In this document: piece after piece, positions 23,767-38,105 of the stretch
Layout of the letters: each line of letters begins with the position of its first letter
Position numbering within the stretch: the stretch's first letter is position 1
Assembly: GCA_900617105.1 (NCBI GenBank)
Contig: UYFQ01000797.1
Coordinates: 1-63,945, forward strand
Source of the DNA: Hydrurus foetidus
Lineage: Eukaryota
Direction of reading: 5' to 3'
Length of the DNA stretch: 63,945 bases
Notes under the pieces: generated by a model
The model's database searches: none
What the model saw: the letters and a program-made list of their open reading frames with translations, nothing else
Told to the model about the DNA's origin: nothing
Program-made: the position numbers and the translations under genes

Positions 23767-26700
23767 ACAAAGATGTGAAGAAAGAGAGAACAAGATGTGA
23801 AGAAAGAGAGAACAAGATGTGAAGAAAGAGAGAACAAGATGTGAAGAAAGAGAGAATAAACATGAGCAGACAGAATGAGAGGAAAGTGGAGAGAGAAAAG
23901 CAATTAAGAGAGTGATAAGGTGGTGAGGGGTATGAGAGAGAAAAAAAGATGACAAAAAAGGGTAGAGAGAAGAGGAGTGGAGAGAGAGCAGTGGAGAGAG
24001 TGGCGAGGGGAATGTGAGATAAAGGGAGATGAAAAGAGATGAGGGAGGATAGGAGGAGGTAGAGTGAGACGTTGGAAGTAAAGAGAAGAACTTGTTGGAC
24101 AGGGGAGGGGTACGGGAGGGAAGTGAATGATAGGAGTGACGTCATTGTTGAAAGTGAATGATAGGAGTGACGTCATTGTTGAAAGTGAATGATAGGAGTG
24201 ACGTCATTGTTGAAAGTGAATGATAGGAGTGACGTCATTGTTGAAAGTGAATGATAGGAGTGACGTCATTGTTGAAAGTGAATGATAGGAGTGACGTCAT
24301 TGTTGAAAGTGCTCCGATAGAGATGACGTATGGAATTTTTCTTTGACGGGGATCGAAGGGTGGATGAGTGAAGAAGAAGGATGAGGAGGAGAGAGGAGGA
24401 CAATAGGTCAATTAAAGAAGGCGCAAGAGAAGAGAAGAGGAGAGGAGAATACTATGGTGAGAGCAAGATCTCTGCAACCTACAGCAAATTACCGTCACTA
24501 TTGCTGCTAGATGTCCATATTGAATACTCGTGCATCAAACAGTCACACGCACTCTGCCAAACACACATGACATGACATGGCATGACAGTATATGGCATGG
24601 CACCAGCGCATGAGATTGAATGACGCACACTTGTATAAACAAACAAATAAATAAACAAACGAACGAACGAACGAACGAACGAACAAACAGATTGATAGAT
24701 GTTTAGTTATGTAGCCACCTGCAAGCAGTACAAACTCTCCAATGAAAAAAACTTCAACCGTCCCAGCCTAGAGAAAAAATGAAAAAGAACTAAGATGAGG
24801 AAGAGACAGATTGAGAGAGAGTGAGAGAACTTCTTCATCGGAATGCATACATATGACGGAACGTACACATTCATAAACATAAAAGTCACACCACCCGAAT
24901 GCGTACTTACTTCTGTTCCGTAGTAGAGAAAGTCGTCTGTCAGAGCGACACACGTTATGCAAGAGTAAGAACCTTCCTCGCGTGTGGGGAATATTTTTGT
25001 CTGTTCCTGAGAGTTGGGACCGGCTGATAGAGTCAATAAAAGTTTTAAAAAAATTACTAAAAATAAAGTAAAGCAAAACGTAAATAAATGAATAAATCAG
25101 GAGGTAGTTAACGATGAAATAAATAAAGATAAAACAACATGAAGTATAAATAATGGAATAGTATAAGACAGTATCGCAGAGCTTGCGGGTGAAATGCGAT
25201 GTGTGATAAATGCATAGTGATATGAATGTGTCCGTACTGCACAGCTGTTGCGTACATTCTATGGGATGCAGAGTTGCCTTCGAGTCAGTTAGCACAACAG
25301 CTAGGCTTTGATTGAGCTGTACGTCACGTACTGTGCCCACGTACTCTCTCTCTTCGCTCTGTTGTGCGTTAGCGGATGCTGTAATGCGTCTGAAGTACAC
25401 CTACAGGGTGGAAGAGTGGAGGAGAGGAGTCGGGAGTGTGAGGATGAATAAAATGGATGAGTGCAACAGTGGAGTGAAGGTGGAGCAGACCAGTGCTGCA
25501 AAATCACTCAACACAAAATCACCACTATATACAACAGCATAGCGTTTGACAGCTCAACACTACAGAGTACCACACTTACATACACTGCACGACATCATAA
25601 CACACACACAGCGTAGCTAGCTAAACAAACGTACGTAGCACTCTCCAACATAACACGGCACACCATACCACATATCAAGCTAAACACACTACCCACAGAA
25701 CCTCACAGCACAGCTCATCTCAGATGTCAGATGAGATCAAGCAGGGTGAGGTAAAATGAGGTAAAATGATATTAGCTGAAATTAGGTTTGACGAAATCAC
25801 TTCAAGTCTTGTCAAGTGAGATTAGATCAAACAAGGCCAGGTCAAGTGAGGTGAGAATGAAGAGACCTTGTTGTTCATTGCTGCTGCCACGTGTTTGCCC
25901 CCCACCGCGATAAGAGTGGGCTCCACTTTAAAAGTAATATCAATTGGCGCTGATCGCTTCAAGGCATCCACTACACTGACTTCTCTGAGCGAAGACAGAA
26001 AAGCAGCTGTTGTTCCGTATTTCGCAGTCAGTACAGACATTTTTGCCAAAAAGTTGTACACGTTTCCAGCGTACGTTCCTATAGTGAGAATCTGGCCATC
26101 TGGGGACCAACTAATATCGGAAACAATTCCGTTTTCTAAATCCTCAGGGGGTATAAAATCGTTTGTTAATTCACGGAATTCCCGTAAATCGATTATTCGT
26201 ATTCCGTCATCCCCAGCAGATGCCGCTCTTTTCAATTGGGTATTATACGCAAAAGTGATAAAATTTGATGTGTGGAATTTACTGCAGAATTTCTCTTTGC
26301 CCATTTCTTTCGGATTTGTTGATATGACTAATAAATGACCCAATGAAAAACCGACCATGACAAGACCATTCTCAAACCACTCATGCGCTCTAATTTCACC
26401 GTATTTACATCCCACTGAATTATTGCTTCCTCCAAAAGTGAGTTCTGTTGGATCCTCTTTCTCATCCAATAAATCAAATAAAATCAGAGATTTTCCGTCT
26501 AGATTTGCGGAAAGAATACTGTCTGCATCATTTTTCCCTCCAGACAAAGTTGAAGAATTCGCAAAATGAGTCTCAATCGGAATGTGCTTCATTTCTGTGT
26601 GCAGTAAAGTATCTCCATTTTCATTACTGATAGTTAATGTCTTATCCTCTGACCCAAGAACTAATTTATTCCCAGCAATACTCCATGCTCCAGTACATAT

Positions 26701-27222
26701 TTTCTTCGCATGTTTTCCCACAACTGGTATCTTCTGCTTCTTTGTTTTATTGTAAATCAGCAGATTTCCTTTGTTAGTGCCGATAGCAAGTTGTGGGCCT
26801 GTTTTGGACCATGCAAGAAAAGTAGGATCCCTCAGATTTGTTTCCAGTGGAACAACTCTGCGGCTAGATAAACTCCACAGTGGAACGACTCCATTTCCAT
26901 CCTGCAGAATAGCCAGATAGTCGCCATCTTTATCCCAAGCAAGCATAAGAATTGGAGCCTGAGAGCTCAGTGGAATTTCGTCCACTATATCTCCATGCCT
27001 ATCTGTCACCTGAACTATACCTGTAGTTTTCAAGTTGGTAGGGCAAGGATGGTAAATGAGATTTGCATAGGAAGTGATGGAGGCCAGATGACGCAAGCTT
27101 GAGAGCCTAATGCACTGACCATTTTTTCCGGCAGATGCTAGAAAGTTCCCATCAGGATGCCAGGAAAAAGTGACTCGACCGATATCATGCCGGTCTGAGC
27201 CGACTTTGAATAGACGACGCAT
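16286..27222 (-). CDS. WDR19: WD repeat protein 19 / intraflagellar transport protein IFT144 (IFT-A); multi-exon
   Basis: N-terminal WD40 exon ([50 protein letters not shown]). TPR exons ([60 protein letters not shown]). Final exon ends at 16286. The penultimate exon (about 16900-16985) could not be resolved cleanly. Confidence 0.93.
17010..17109. repeat. (AAGGT)n intronic microsatellite, about 20 units
   Basis: Read directly from the sequence. Confidence 0.97.
18926..19020. repeat. (AAAGT)n intronic microsatellite
   Basis: Read directly from the sequence. Confidence 0.97.
20501..20648. repeat. (GCACT)n intronic microsatellite with variants, next to a splice donor
   Basis: Read directly from the sequence. 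Confidence 0.95.
23765..23856. repeat. 22-bp tandem repeat x4 (GAACAAGATGTGAAGAAAGAGA) in a WDR19 intron
   Basis: Read directly from the sequence. Confidence 0.92.
24121..24311. repeat. 31-bp perfect tandem repeat x6 (AAGTGAATGATAGGAGTGACGTCATTGTTGA) in a WDR19 intron
   Basis: Six identical head-to-tail units with no spacers; each contains TGACGTCA. Confidence 0.96.
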
Positions 27223-27743
27223 ACTAATTGAATGACTTCTGGCTGCAAGTGTAGCAATGCAATCTTTGCAATCTCAACTACCAAACGAGATGCCGTGCAG
27301 ATGCGCTCCAGTCAGTCTCGCTGTAGGCTTATGAATCCAATCAAATGAAGTATGAAGTGTCAGATAAGCAGCTCAATCTGAGATCAAAGATGGAGGAGTT
27401 GAGATGTTGATTCCAAAACGGAAACGGTTTTCTCTTATCCGGTGTCCTACCGTAATAAACGATATCCGGTATAATATACCGCACAGTGTTTAGTATCAGT
27501 ACAGTAGTATGCCTGTAGGGGACATTTCACTTTTTAATTAGATGTCACTTTTCTATCGAACAAAAGTGTAGTTCTAGTGGCAATGTTTCATAAATTGCAT
27601 CGAAACACTTCCCTATAATAATGGTCTCAAAAGCGTGAGGATATCCAATAAAATTTATATTCAAATCGACAGTAAGACAGTGTAACATAATATAACATCA
27701 CATTCAATAATTAAAAACATGTAAATCAAGGTAGATTGTTAAG

Positions 27744-28538
27744 CTATGAGATGCACAAGGAGAGGTTGGCGTTGATACCGCGTAGCAGATGATCTGCGTC
27801 TATTTTCAACTCAGCGCACAGACCTCGTAACTGTTCTTCAGACTGGGCCATTTGTTTCACTTGCATCTGCACTTCCCTCAAAGCTTCGTACTGATCGTTC
27901 TTAGACTTTCTGTCCTTCAAATTACTCGTCGCTGCGCCCACTCCACTGCTGCTAACATTCACATATCTCTCCCCCGTTACTATACTCTCCACTCTCCCAC
28001 CTGCTGAAGTGGTTCGAAGTGCTATGGTGCGATGCACACTACCTCCCAGCTTACCCACCCTACTATCCCCCCCTCCTCCTCCTCCGTCATCCCTCTCTCC
28101 ATATCTATCTGACCTATCCATGTAATCCAGTTTCTCGGACATAGTAAGTACGCCTTTTGATTTACCCAACGAATTACTTCCCTGGGTGAATTGAAAAGAA
28201 GAGGTCAGTCCCGCTCCATTCCTTCTCGTAGACCGAATGTCCTATAATGGAAAATAAAGGCGTGAGGGAACGTTTAGGAATAGAGCAGATATCGAGGAAA
28301 TGAACCCATGCGAGTGTTTATGTGTGTGTGTGTATGTACGTACGCATGTATTTCTGCGGACTCATGAAAAATGCAGTAAATGTGGCTGTGAGTCGAAAAA
28401 GAGAGTCAAATCAAGACAGGAATAGAGTGTGAGTCGAGGAACAGAAGCGGAAGAAAATTTCAAAAAATAAGGTAGGTGAGAAGAGGAATCGAAGGCTGCT
28501 GGAGAAGAGAGAGATGGGGCGAAGGAAAGAAAGAAAAA

Positions 28539-28601
<63 letters not shown>

Positions 28602-31600
28602 AGAAAGAAAGAAAGAATGAAAGAAAGTAAGAAAGAATGATCAAGTTGTTGTGATGACAGGCTAAGTAAGATGAGAACATAATACATCATATGAGATTAG
28701 AGCAGTGTATTTTACCTTATGTCCCCCTGCATTGTTCACAGCTGCTTCTCGCTTACTGATATTGATACCCAGCAGGGCAAGAGTATCATTCAACACAGCA
28801 ACATCCATCTTAGGCCCTATCAGCCCTGCCCTCTCGATCGTCTTATTCTGAAGTCTTAAATCCCCCGCATCCTTTCTGAGTGCGTTTAATTCTTTGATTA
28901 ATTGTGATCTTTCCCTCATCATCTTGGTGACTTCCCTTTTGTTCGAGAGGGAATCCGTTTTCAAGGCTCGTCTCAATCCCTCTAGGGATCGTTCCAACAT
29001 CTCTCTGTCACGATTATACGTTATCTGAAAGTACGTACGTATGCATGTACGTATGCATGTGTGAATGTACACTGTTAATGTCGATACTCATTAGATGTAC
29101 TCTAAATAAGATGGAATATCGTTATTTGTAAAAACGTGGTGTGATGCGCTATGTTACTGAAACTGCACTGCAGTCCAACATGTTGTATACAGTCACATTC
29201 TCTGCATGTGCTCATACCATGTTACCCCACACAACTGTGCCACACTAGTAAGTACCTACTACTACTGATTCCAGTAAGCACATACTAGCACCATACCATA
29301 CCATAATCTTACCAGTACCATACCATACTGATTCCGAGAATCACACATCATACAATCATGCAATCATCATTCCAATCAGTGCAATCATACAGTACAGTGC
29401 GTACCTGGGGGTCTTCTCCACTGGCCCCGGCCCGTTTTAGTCCCCCCTCCGTACCGACATCTTCTTGTACGTACACTCTGTATATCCGGAGGAACAATTC
29501 TTTGAGCTGTACGGGTGAGTCACGTACGCCCCATATTTCTTGTAAATCTCTTTTTATTTTTCCGTGCACTCTTTCATCCATCGCTTCTCTGTCTTTTTGA
29601 TCTAACAGTTCCCTTCTTAGTCCCTCTAACTTCAACTTCAACTCTTCAATCATCAAATTCAAAGCTAGATGGCTCTTATGATATTGTTCCAATTCTAGAT
29701 TCATTTCTTCTCCCTGAGCCCTCATAGATGATATTTCACTTTCTCTCGGTGCTATTTGTAATTTCAATTCTTTGATTTTATAATCCAGTACAAAACGAAA
29801 TTTTTCAAGTTCTTGATTTTTCTTTTTTAAATCGAATATTCTTTTTTCTTTATCGGAAATAGTCTCTTCTCTTTCTCTTATTTCTTTTTTATGTCCATGA
29901 ATATCCTTTTCCAAATTCTTCATCGTGTCAGTCAATCTACCTTCTTTTTCGCGTAATTTTCTTATGTCATCTTTTTGCTGATCAACATCTTTTTGAAGTA
30001 GATGGAGGTTCTTTCTGAGCAGAGCATGCTGTGCCATCAAATCAACTCCCATGTCTTCTTCCGACTTTAACTTGGCTTCTTGTCTAAAGTGACGTGAGAA
30101 AATAAGGCAGGGTAAGGTATTGAAAAATTTAAAATAGAATGAGATAGGTTGACAAAATGATGAGCTTTGATACAGAGCCGTACTGGAGAGTACGTGCAGT
30201 GCAACACAATATGAAGATGAAGTTGACAGAACCGTAGAAGACGAAGAAGGAGGAAGAGTGGCAGAAAAAAAAAACCAAAAAAGAATCAGCACGCACACAT
30301 CCGTACATACGTGCTGTACGTACTTGATTTTCATGGTGGCGATTTCAATGTCCGCATCCAGCTCCGTGTTGATGTGACTCAAGTTGTACTCAATCTACGA
30401 ATAAAGTCGAAAATCCGTACTCAGGCATGCATAATGAGAATTACAATAATCACGCACGCGCACGTTTTCTTCTGCTATCTTGCTGATGGAGGACCGAAAT
30501 CGTCTCGTAGGAACAGACACACGCACAGATGAAGACAGGCAGACTGACACCCAGACGCACAAGCAGCAATACACACTAGCAAACGAACTGATAGACGAGT
30601 GAACAGTCACACACACGTATGTGATGGATTCTCACCTGCAGTTGTTCTTTTTCTCTTTGAGTTTGTCTCTGTTTGCTCTGTTCTACTTTCAGTTTGTCTT
30701 CGTAGACTGATGTCATCTCGCGCAAATAGGCTTGGTGACTCGCCACTAGCGCTCTGTTCTCCTCATCTGGGTAAGGGTAGGGAATAGAAGGTGAGGGAGA
30801 TAAGAAGGACAGCAAATGAAAGAAAAAAAGAAGGATAAAGTATTAGGAAGGGTGAAGTAGGTAAGTAAGTAAGTAGGTAGAAAATGAGAAAGGAGGAAGG
30901 CAGGGGAGGCGGGAGTGAGTGAGGAAATATGAATGTGGAATGGAGCGTGATGAGATAAGAGTGAGAGAGCGAGGTGAGGCAAGATGAGGGAGGGAGGGGA
31001 AAGGGAGATTAAAAAGATTGTATAGGGGTCTGAAAATACTTCTAGCAATGATAAAAACTACTAAAAACCATTAGCATTAAAAATGAAGATAATCGCTCTA
31101 GGAATTAAATTCAATAAATGGAACGTATGTACTTACCCCATCTTTTGTTCGTTTCTTCCGTGTCACGTACAAGTACAGCATGTCTATTCTCCTCCGTGGA
31201 CACCTTTGCTCTGCTTTTATTGCTGATTGCCAACAACTCCTCAGCATTTCTCTCTGATAATGAAGCCATACGAGATTGAAAAGCTGCTTCCATTTGTCTT
31301 TTATTGCTCATTGTTTCTTGAAAGAGTGCGTTATCTGTCGTAGAGTTCAATTCAGATTAATCGCTTAGATTCGAAATATTGCTTAGATTTTGTCCAGATT
31401 AGTAGCAAACTGTAGAATTCATATCGTGAGAGATGGGATGTGTGATGTGATGTGACGTTGAGTGGTGTAGAGTGCTGATGAGAGTTGAGATGCATGGTGT
31501 GATGTGATATGATATGATGTAGTGCAGCGTGTCTGACCTGTTTCGAGCTGGGCGGAGTAGAGGTCTGTTGTTTTCTTCGTGACCTCTAGATGGCCTATCT

Positions 31601-34593
31601 CCTTCATGCGCAACTGGTGCTCGTTACTAAGACTTAATTCACCAACCAGCACTGACATCTCCCTATTACATTGCGTTGGTTTATTTGATTGATTGTCAGT
31701 CCATAAGTAACATGACATACAGAGTACTTGTGGTGGGTAGAAGCGATATGGCGTAATTCGCTGTGATTGTAGAGTACATGGTTCTGTGATGCCACATTTA
31801 GTGTGGAAGTTTTGGTGTTCAAACAATTAAAATGCTGCTACATCAATATCAATGTAGTCCATGTAGCTGCATGTGAAAATTTTGCGTCAGTAATAAACAT
31901 CATATGGCAATATAGATGACTATTATTGTTACCGAGTGTATAAGGATAGTATAATAGAGTATAGTATAGTTTAACATATCATAAATACTATATTATAGTA
32001 TCTATTGAGTGTGTGTGTATGTAATGACAACAACATGACTGTAATGCTGCGAAGTGTATGACAGTATGTTGATGCATTGCGTTATGTATCACAATACTTG
32101 ACGAATCACCATTATTGCAACATGTATATGATTCTAGTATCACAACACATCATCATATTATCTTCATTGCAGCATACTATTATTTCATGTATCATACATA
32201 ATACCTGATCTCTGCTTTTTTCTGCTCTATGTCAGCTTTATGCACTAGTACTTCGTCTTCAAACTCAAAAGCTGCCCCGCTGTCCCGTGCTTTCAAAACG
32301 CTCTTAGCTCCTCCAGGCTCCGTGTCAAACTCGGAGATGCACAGACACCCATTGACATCACCTGAGTGCATGTGTTTGTGCGTGAGTGCGCGTGTGTGCG
32401 TGATAGAAAGATGGTGTGTGTGCGTGTGTGTGCGTTGGTGCGCGTGGTTGTCAGGTAGTGAGGACTGGAAGAGAAGTGCAGTGAAGTGCGGTTATTGGGT
32501 AGTGAGGAATGGAGTGGAGTGGGAGGAAAGGGAAAGGATGATCGTTCATCACCACACTCATGTTCTAAGATGATATCGTAAATGATGATGCAGGAAAACA
32601 AGCAGTATTTATGCACTGTACAGTACAGTACAGTACCTGTGAATATGAGCATGCCGTCATACGACTGACAAATAGCCGTAATAGGTCCGCCATGCACGGT
32701 CTGCACGTCATACAAACTGCCCAGCTGAGGAGATGCTAACACACACAGCATAGATCCCGGGTAAGCGGGGTCAGCCGAGCACATTAGCAGTAACTTCCGA
32801 CTCTCGTCCATGTGCACGTGTCCGAATGTGATACCGAAATCAAGGTCTTCTGCTTCTGTGACGATGACTGTCTCCACAGCAGCAGCATCCGTTGACCTGT
32901 TGAACACAATCTCCTTCACCACCTTCTCAGGCGTTGTAACAAACGCCCTTGACCCATCTTTGAATCCAGTACCGGATATGAATATCGATCCGATCTTGCC
33001 GTTATAATGTTCTGATCGACATTTAGCGGGAAATAAATCCCAGAAGAACACAGCCCCATCCATACCCACACTCATCAGTCGTGAATCTAAATTCTGCCAC
33101 ACGAAGTTGCACACCTTGTTGGCATGTCCTCTCAGACAGCATATGAGCGACCCTGAGAAGGGATTGTAGACTTGAATGTTTGATCCATTTCCTGATGCGA
33201 GAAATTGTCCACCTGTGGAGTACTTCAAGACTGTGCAGTTGCGACACACAATAGTGCCGGTCAACTCCAATGAATCGATCAACACACTGAATAGACTGAT
33301 TTTACTGGCAAATCCAACTGTAACGTACATGCCAGAAGGATGTACGGACAAGCACACAGGCTCATCATCTAACTCTCTCATCAACTCTAGCCGTCTGTCG
33401 TGTGTGTTCCATAGCCGTACAGTACGATCCAGCCCACACGTAACCACTAAGGGCTTCCACATAGCAACATCAATGCCTGTGATGGCCGCTTCTCCTCTTT
33501 CATTCGGACTGTGGAATGACGTCATCAAGAATTCGACCCCCGTTCCGGCACTAGCTACCCCATCTTTAATCGCCTTTAATTGACTCATGGAAAAGGTGAG
33601 CAGCTGCTGTGTGTTAGTAGAACATATGATAGAATCATCACTGCCCAGTGCCAAGCCTGTAATACAGAGTCCACCCGGTCGTGACGCACTACCAGCTGGC
33701 CCAGCAGATGCTGCAGGAATTTGAAAAGAATCTTCCATCTGAAAATGATCTTTCATGTTGGGATTTCTTTCGAAGAAACGAAGTTCACCCGACGTCGTTC
33801 CTATTGCAAATCCTCTTGAAGTTGCAACTATCCCTAATATTGGTCGAATCTCTTCGGGCGCTTCATTTCCACTAGGGTATACAATAGCACGAAACTCTAA
33901 ATTCTCGAGTAATAATATTTCTCCTGCCTCAGTTCCTATCACTAACTTTTCATCCTCCTCAAGCCAGCAGTGAGATATGAAGTTTGAACTTTCTCTTCTA
34001 AATGACAGAGTGACAGGACGAAGTTGCCCATCACTGATCCGAAATACTTTAATTGCTGATTTCCCAATGGCGAGGACCAGGGTTGGGTCCCATGGACAAT
34101 AAGAAACTTGGTGAAATGGGGTTTCGTCAGAAGTAGACACTTTTGCTGTTGACACCACCTTAGCAGATTTCTCGACTGCCCACAAAACCAAGTTCCACTC
34201 AGGCCCTGCACCCAAAGTCAAGCAAAATCGGCAATCATCTGAAAAAGCCATTGATCTTATCTCTTTAGAGCCCAGATCAGGATAGTTTAACACTTTTCTC
34301 TTTCTTCCAGCATGTGTGTCATAGAATGAAACGACAGCTACAGGATCAGCCCTCTCGGCTATGGCGACTAGATTCCTGCGATATGCGCATGCTATTGCTG
34401 TGATCCCTTGAGACTGAAATCCTGGTAGTGCTGTTGGACCTACGAAGGATTGCTCCTTCGATTCTGTGTTGAATATCACAACTTGATGGCCGCATACATA
34501 TGCGATATGGTGATCCTCGCAGAATATAAGGCCATTCCTGATGTGGGTGTTCACACCGAAGGCATGTTTGACGACAAGTTTAACCCCACTCAT
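27744..34593 (-). CDS. CFAP57: Cilia- and flagella-associated protein 57 (WDR65); multi-exon, WD40 plus coiled coil
   Basis: Long WD40 first exon (ITGIDVAMWKPLVVTCGLDRTVRLWN, LSVHPSG). Coiled-coil signature KEKRIFDLKKKNQELEKFRFVLDYKIKELKLQIAPRE, then YNRDREMLERSL. Confidence 0.92.
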
Positions 34594-35235
34594 CCTAAGA
34601 AGCTTCAGTGAGTGTTATTTTTCGCGTCTACAGTGGCTTTCCAACATCCAACATGAGATTGCCTCACATCAATTTCGCATTATCAGCTGTCAAACCAGAC
34701 CACTCCTGTAGAGATGATATCAAGTAACAAGAGCATTCATTATTCATGACACGCACAGTATTGGGTACTGTAGCGTTGGTTTGATGGAGCAGAGTCGAAG
34801 TCGTGACTCCGGAAGCGAAACGTCCTGCAGGATCTTGGGTCGGTAAAATTTCCTCGAGTTTGGTGCAGTTGGAAGGTATCTATCCATAAATACATACAAT
34901 ATAACTTATTACCTATGCATAAGCAAAGTCGAAGTTACCCCAATGCAGTTCACACTGTCTTCTCGCTTCCAGGTGGTTTCTGACAACCTGTGAGATTCCG
35001 CCACTCTGCTAAAATGGCAGTGGGAGCAGATGCGGGTCCTATCTTAATTTTGACATCTATACGGACGCAAGCAATGCGGTTCTGCTTTGAACTGAATCTC
35101 CAAATGCCTAAATCAAATCTGGCTGTGTCAAATAAGATAGGTTTATTGTACAGCATAGAAACTAAGCAGCTAGAGGAATAAATCATAGGATAGCTGTCTG
35201 GGCCTGATAGTGAGTTAGAGAGGGACAGGATGTGA

Positions 35236-37024
35236 TCACTCTCTGTACACTTGGCGAGGGATAGTCGAATCTTGTACAGCTGCATTGTTACTGTACCCAT
35301 TGGATTCGCTGATGGTTGTGATTTGAGACATGAGCAAGTCGAGTCTGCCCCCTAGAGCCGCTAGTTTCGAGTACGAAGACAAACGATGTTCCAGCATCTG
35401 ACTGAGGCCTGAGAGCTGTGCGCTCAAGTCTGGAACGCTTATGAGGAATGACGTGTGAAACCTTAGCACAGCTGCTAGCCATCTAGTTAGCAGCAGACCC
35501 CTTGACGGCCTCTTCTCGAACTTCGCCACTAATTTCCTCAGCAGTTGTACAACACGGCCTGCAGAGAGGCGTTTCGCAGACCCCTCAATAATGCTGACGT
35601 CATTGCAAGCCAGACTCTGCTCCAACAATGCATCATCTCCGCTCTGCAGTGCCTGCTCTATTATTACCACTAAAGAGTTAGCGGAGGGCCCCTCCTCTGC
35701 TGTCATAGATGATGAAGTCGCAGGCGTATTGGTCAACTTCTCCACTTCCATGAGGCTGTTAGATAGGATCTCCAAACGCTCTTCAAGCGTCATCTCATCT
35801 GTACTACTAGCCGTCCTTGATTTCTTCTCTTTATCCTTTTTAAGGTCGTCTGCTAGGAGAGGTCTTTTTCTGCCACTACTTTCATGTGGACCCAGAACAA
35901 TGGGTACGATTGCCGCACTGGATGCTTCTGCAACTGTTAACTGAGACGTGTCCACCTCACCAGATGTTGATGCACTGACTAATTTAGATATTGACACACT
36001 TTCTGACAACTTTCCTTCAGCATCAATTATAGTTAATGTAGAAAATACGGGAGACGACTTTTGCCCCGCGGCTAATGTGATGTCCGTGGGCGATCTCCCT
36101 CCGGTGCTATTTCCGAATCGACCAGCCATTATTGCAGTGCCTGTTGAAATCTTGCAAATTGTCGTTCTTGTCTCTTCACTTCCGGCCTTGGTGGCATATC
36201 TGATAAAGCAACCGTCAATGTCCTCGAAGATACACAGCACCTCAATTCGATCACCCGTTTCTGACGCTGCCGATCTTACAACAAAACTTTTAGGTTCACC
36301 GGTGACAGCTATTGCTGCCAGAGGTGTCGCCTCAGCTCCCGCTTGAACGTCAAAAAGCAGAACCTCTCTGCTACCACTGCCAGCGACGGCTAAATATCGT
36401 CCGCACTGAGTAAATGATAACGCCACAATGCCACCAGAAAACTGAGCTTCTAGTTTTCTCTTTCGACCAGATTTCACATCCACCACCCTTACTGATGACC
36501 TGTAAATTCACAAAATCACGAGTTAGAATGAGTGCATCGAGCTGGTGCCGCAGAGTGAACACCTACCCTGCTGCAGCCACGACGTCAACTCTAGGATTCA
36601 AAGCCATCTTGACAACTCCTTTCTTTCCCGCTTTAAAGGTATGAACTTGATCACCCGTAATCAAATCGTACTGGACTATATCATTTTGATTCGAGCTAAC
36701 TAGCAAAGTCTTCCCATCATTTGAAAACGCCAGTGATGTAGGGACTGGGCTTTCATTTAACTTTCCTATAACTTTCGAAACCACTCCACGAGTTAAATCC
36801 CACACTATGATTGTTCCATCTGAAGCTCCGACGGCAAAGTAACCCAAGTTGTCTTTCTTCCCGGCTCTCCATGTTGAACATGTGTATGAGTGCGCAAGAT
36901 GCTGCTTCTCAACATACGTCCGCAGTTCTTTTTTTGTGTCGGTGTTCCACAGATGGATTCTGTTGTCATTAGAGATGTGAAGAAACGAGCTGGATTCGTT
37001 GGAACTGAAGCAAGATTCCGCCAT
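35236..37024 (-). CDS. WDR43: WD repeat protein 43 / UTP5 (SSU processome); 2 coding exons (about 36567-37024, 35236-36499)
   Basis: N-terminal WD40 repeats. C-terminal Utp12/Dip2-type domain SLVVIIEQALQSGDDALLEQSL...LLLTRWLAAVLRFHTSFL...KLAALGGRLDLLMSQI. Confidence 0.88.
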
Positions 37025-38105
37025 CCTGCGGGAGCAGACGGGTGACAATACTTACTTATTAATCTCTCTCCGAGCGTTGGTATCTATCCCATCCGCTGTT
37101 CCCACCGTTGTGTTGGCAAAACTAACCGAACGACTGGCTTGTAGGATTTCAGCGGACAGCGGTATAGACCGATTCGCCATATACTGTACGATTCATCTCT
37201 TATACACCTCTGTCAACCATATTTCACTTTGGTAGGAATAGATGGCTTCGGAGAAATTTCACTGCGAAAATGGCTCACAAAACAATTAATATCACCATCA
37301 TCCTAATTTGTATTTATTTACTGGACGGAGTGTCGAAATTCGAAATGTATGAAATTAGTGTTCTATTATACGAGCAATCAATTTTAATCAATTCAAATGA
37401 ATTTCTTCAGCGGCGAAAGTTCGTCAAGAAGACAGCAGTGGTCTACAGATGACATGAAATATAACAGGAATAGATTTGAAAGGTTACTATATAAAGTTGA
37501 AAAGTATCGCCTTTGGTAGGAATCCGTTGAGCCGAACGTACGTATGTCACCGAATAGCAAACCACCGGAGATATGCATTATCAATCACAACCAGTCGAGG
37601 GTTCCTCTAATAACTCGCTGCCGGAGTGGATGGACGCGATGAGATGATATGAGAAGAGGAGGAAAGGGTGTGGTCGGTTTCTAAATGGAGCTGTGAAGAG
37701 GAGGCAAGGCGAGGAGTGAGAAATAATATTCTATCCAGAGTAGACCGACTGCTCTCGAGAATAATCTTACTCTGGCTTCAATGCTCATACACTAGAAATT
37801 CACGTGTGGAGGATTGGCACGTAACACAATTACGATCAAGATAGAATGCTGGGCAACATAATTTGCTTTTCCCTCTGCCCTCTCAACATGACTTCTCGAT
37901 GACAAAGATGTACATGGGGCTGGACCTCAAAATGATTTCGTGTCGCATTAGGCAGGAATATAGAGGGATCCAATTACGTGTGACAATCGATGCTATTCAG
38001 TATATGCGTATACAATTCTCTTCCTGACGTTGTACTGCATTAGGTCTACTCAGGCTTGATAAAGCGAGAGATCTATCATTTAGCCACTTTTGTACCCACA
38101 TCCCA

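Noticed and set aside
24121..24311. CRISPR-like 31-bp repeats with an internal palindrome
   Set aside because: Head-to-tail with no spacers, no cas genes, and inside a eukaryotic intron.
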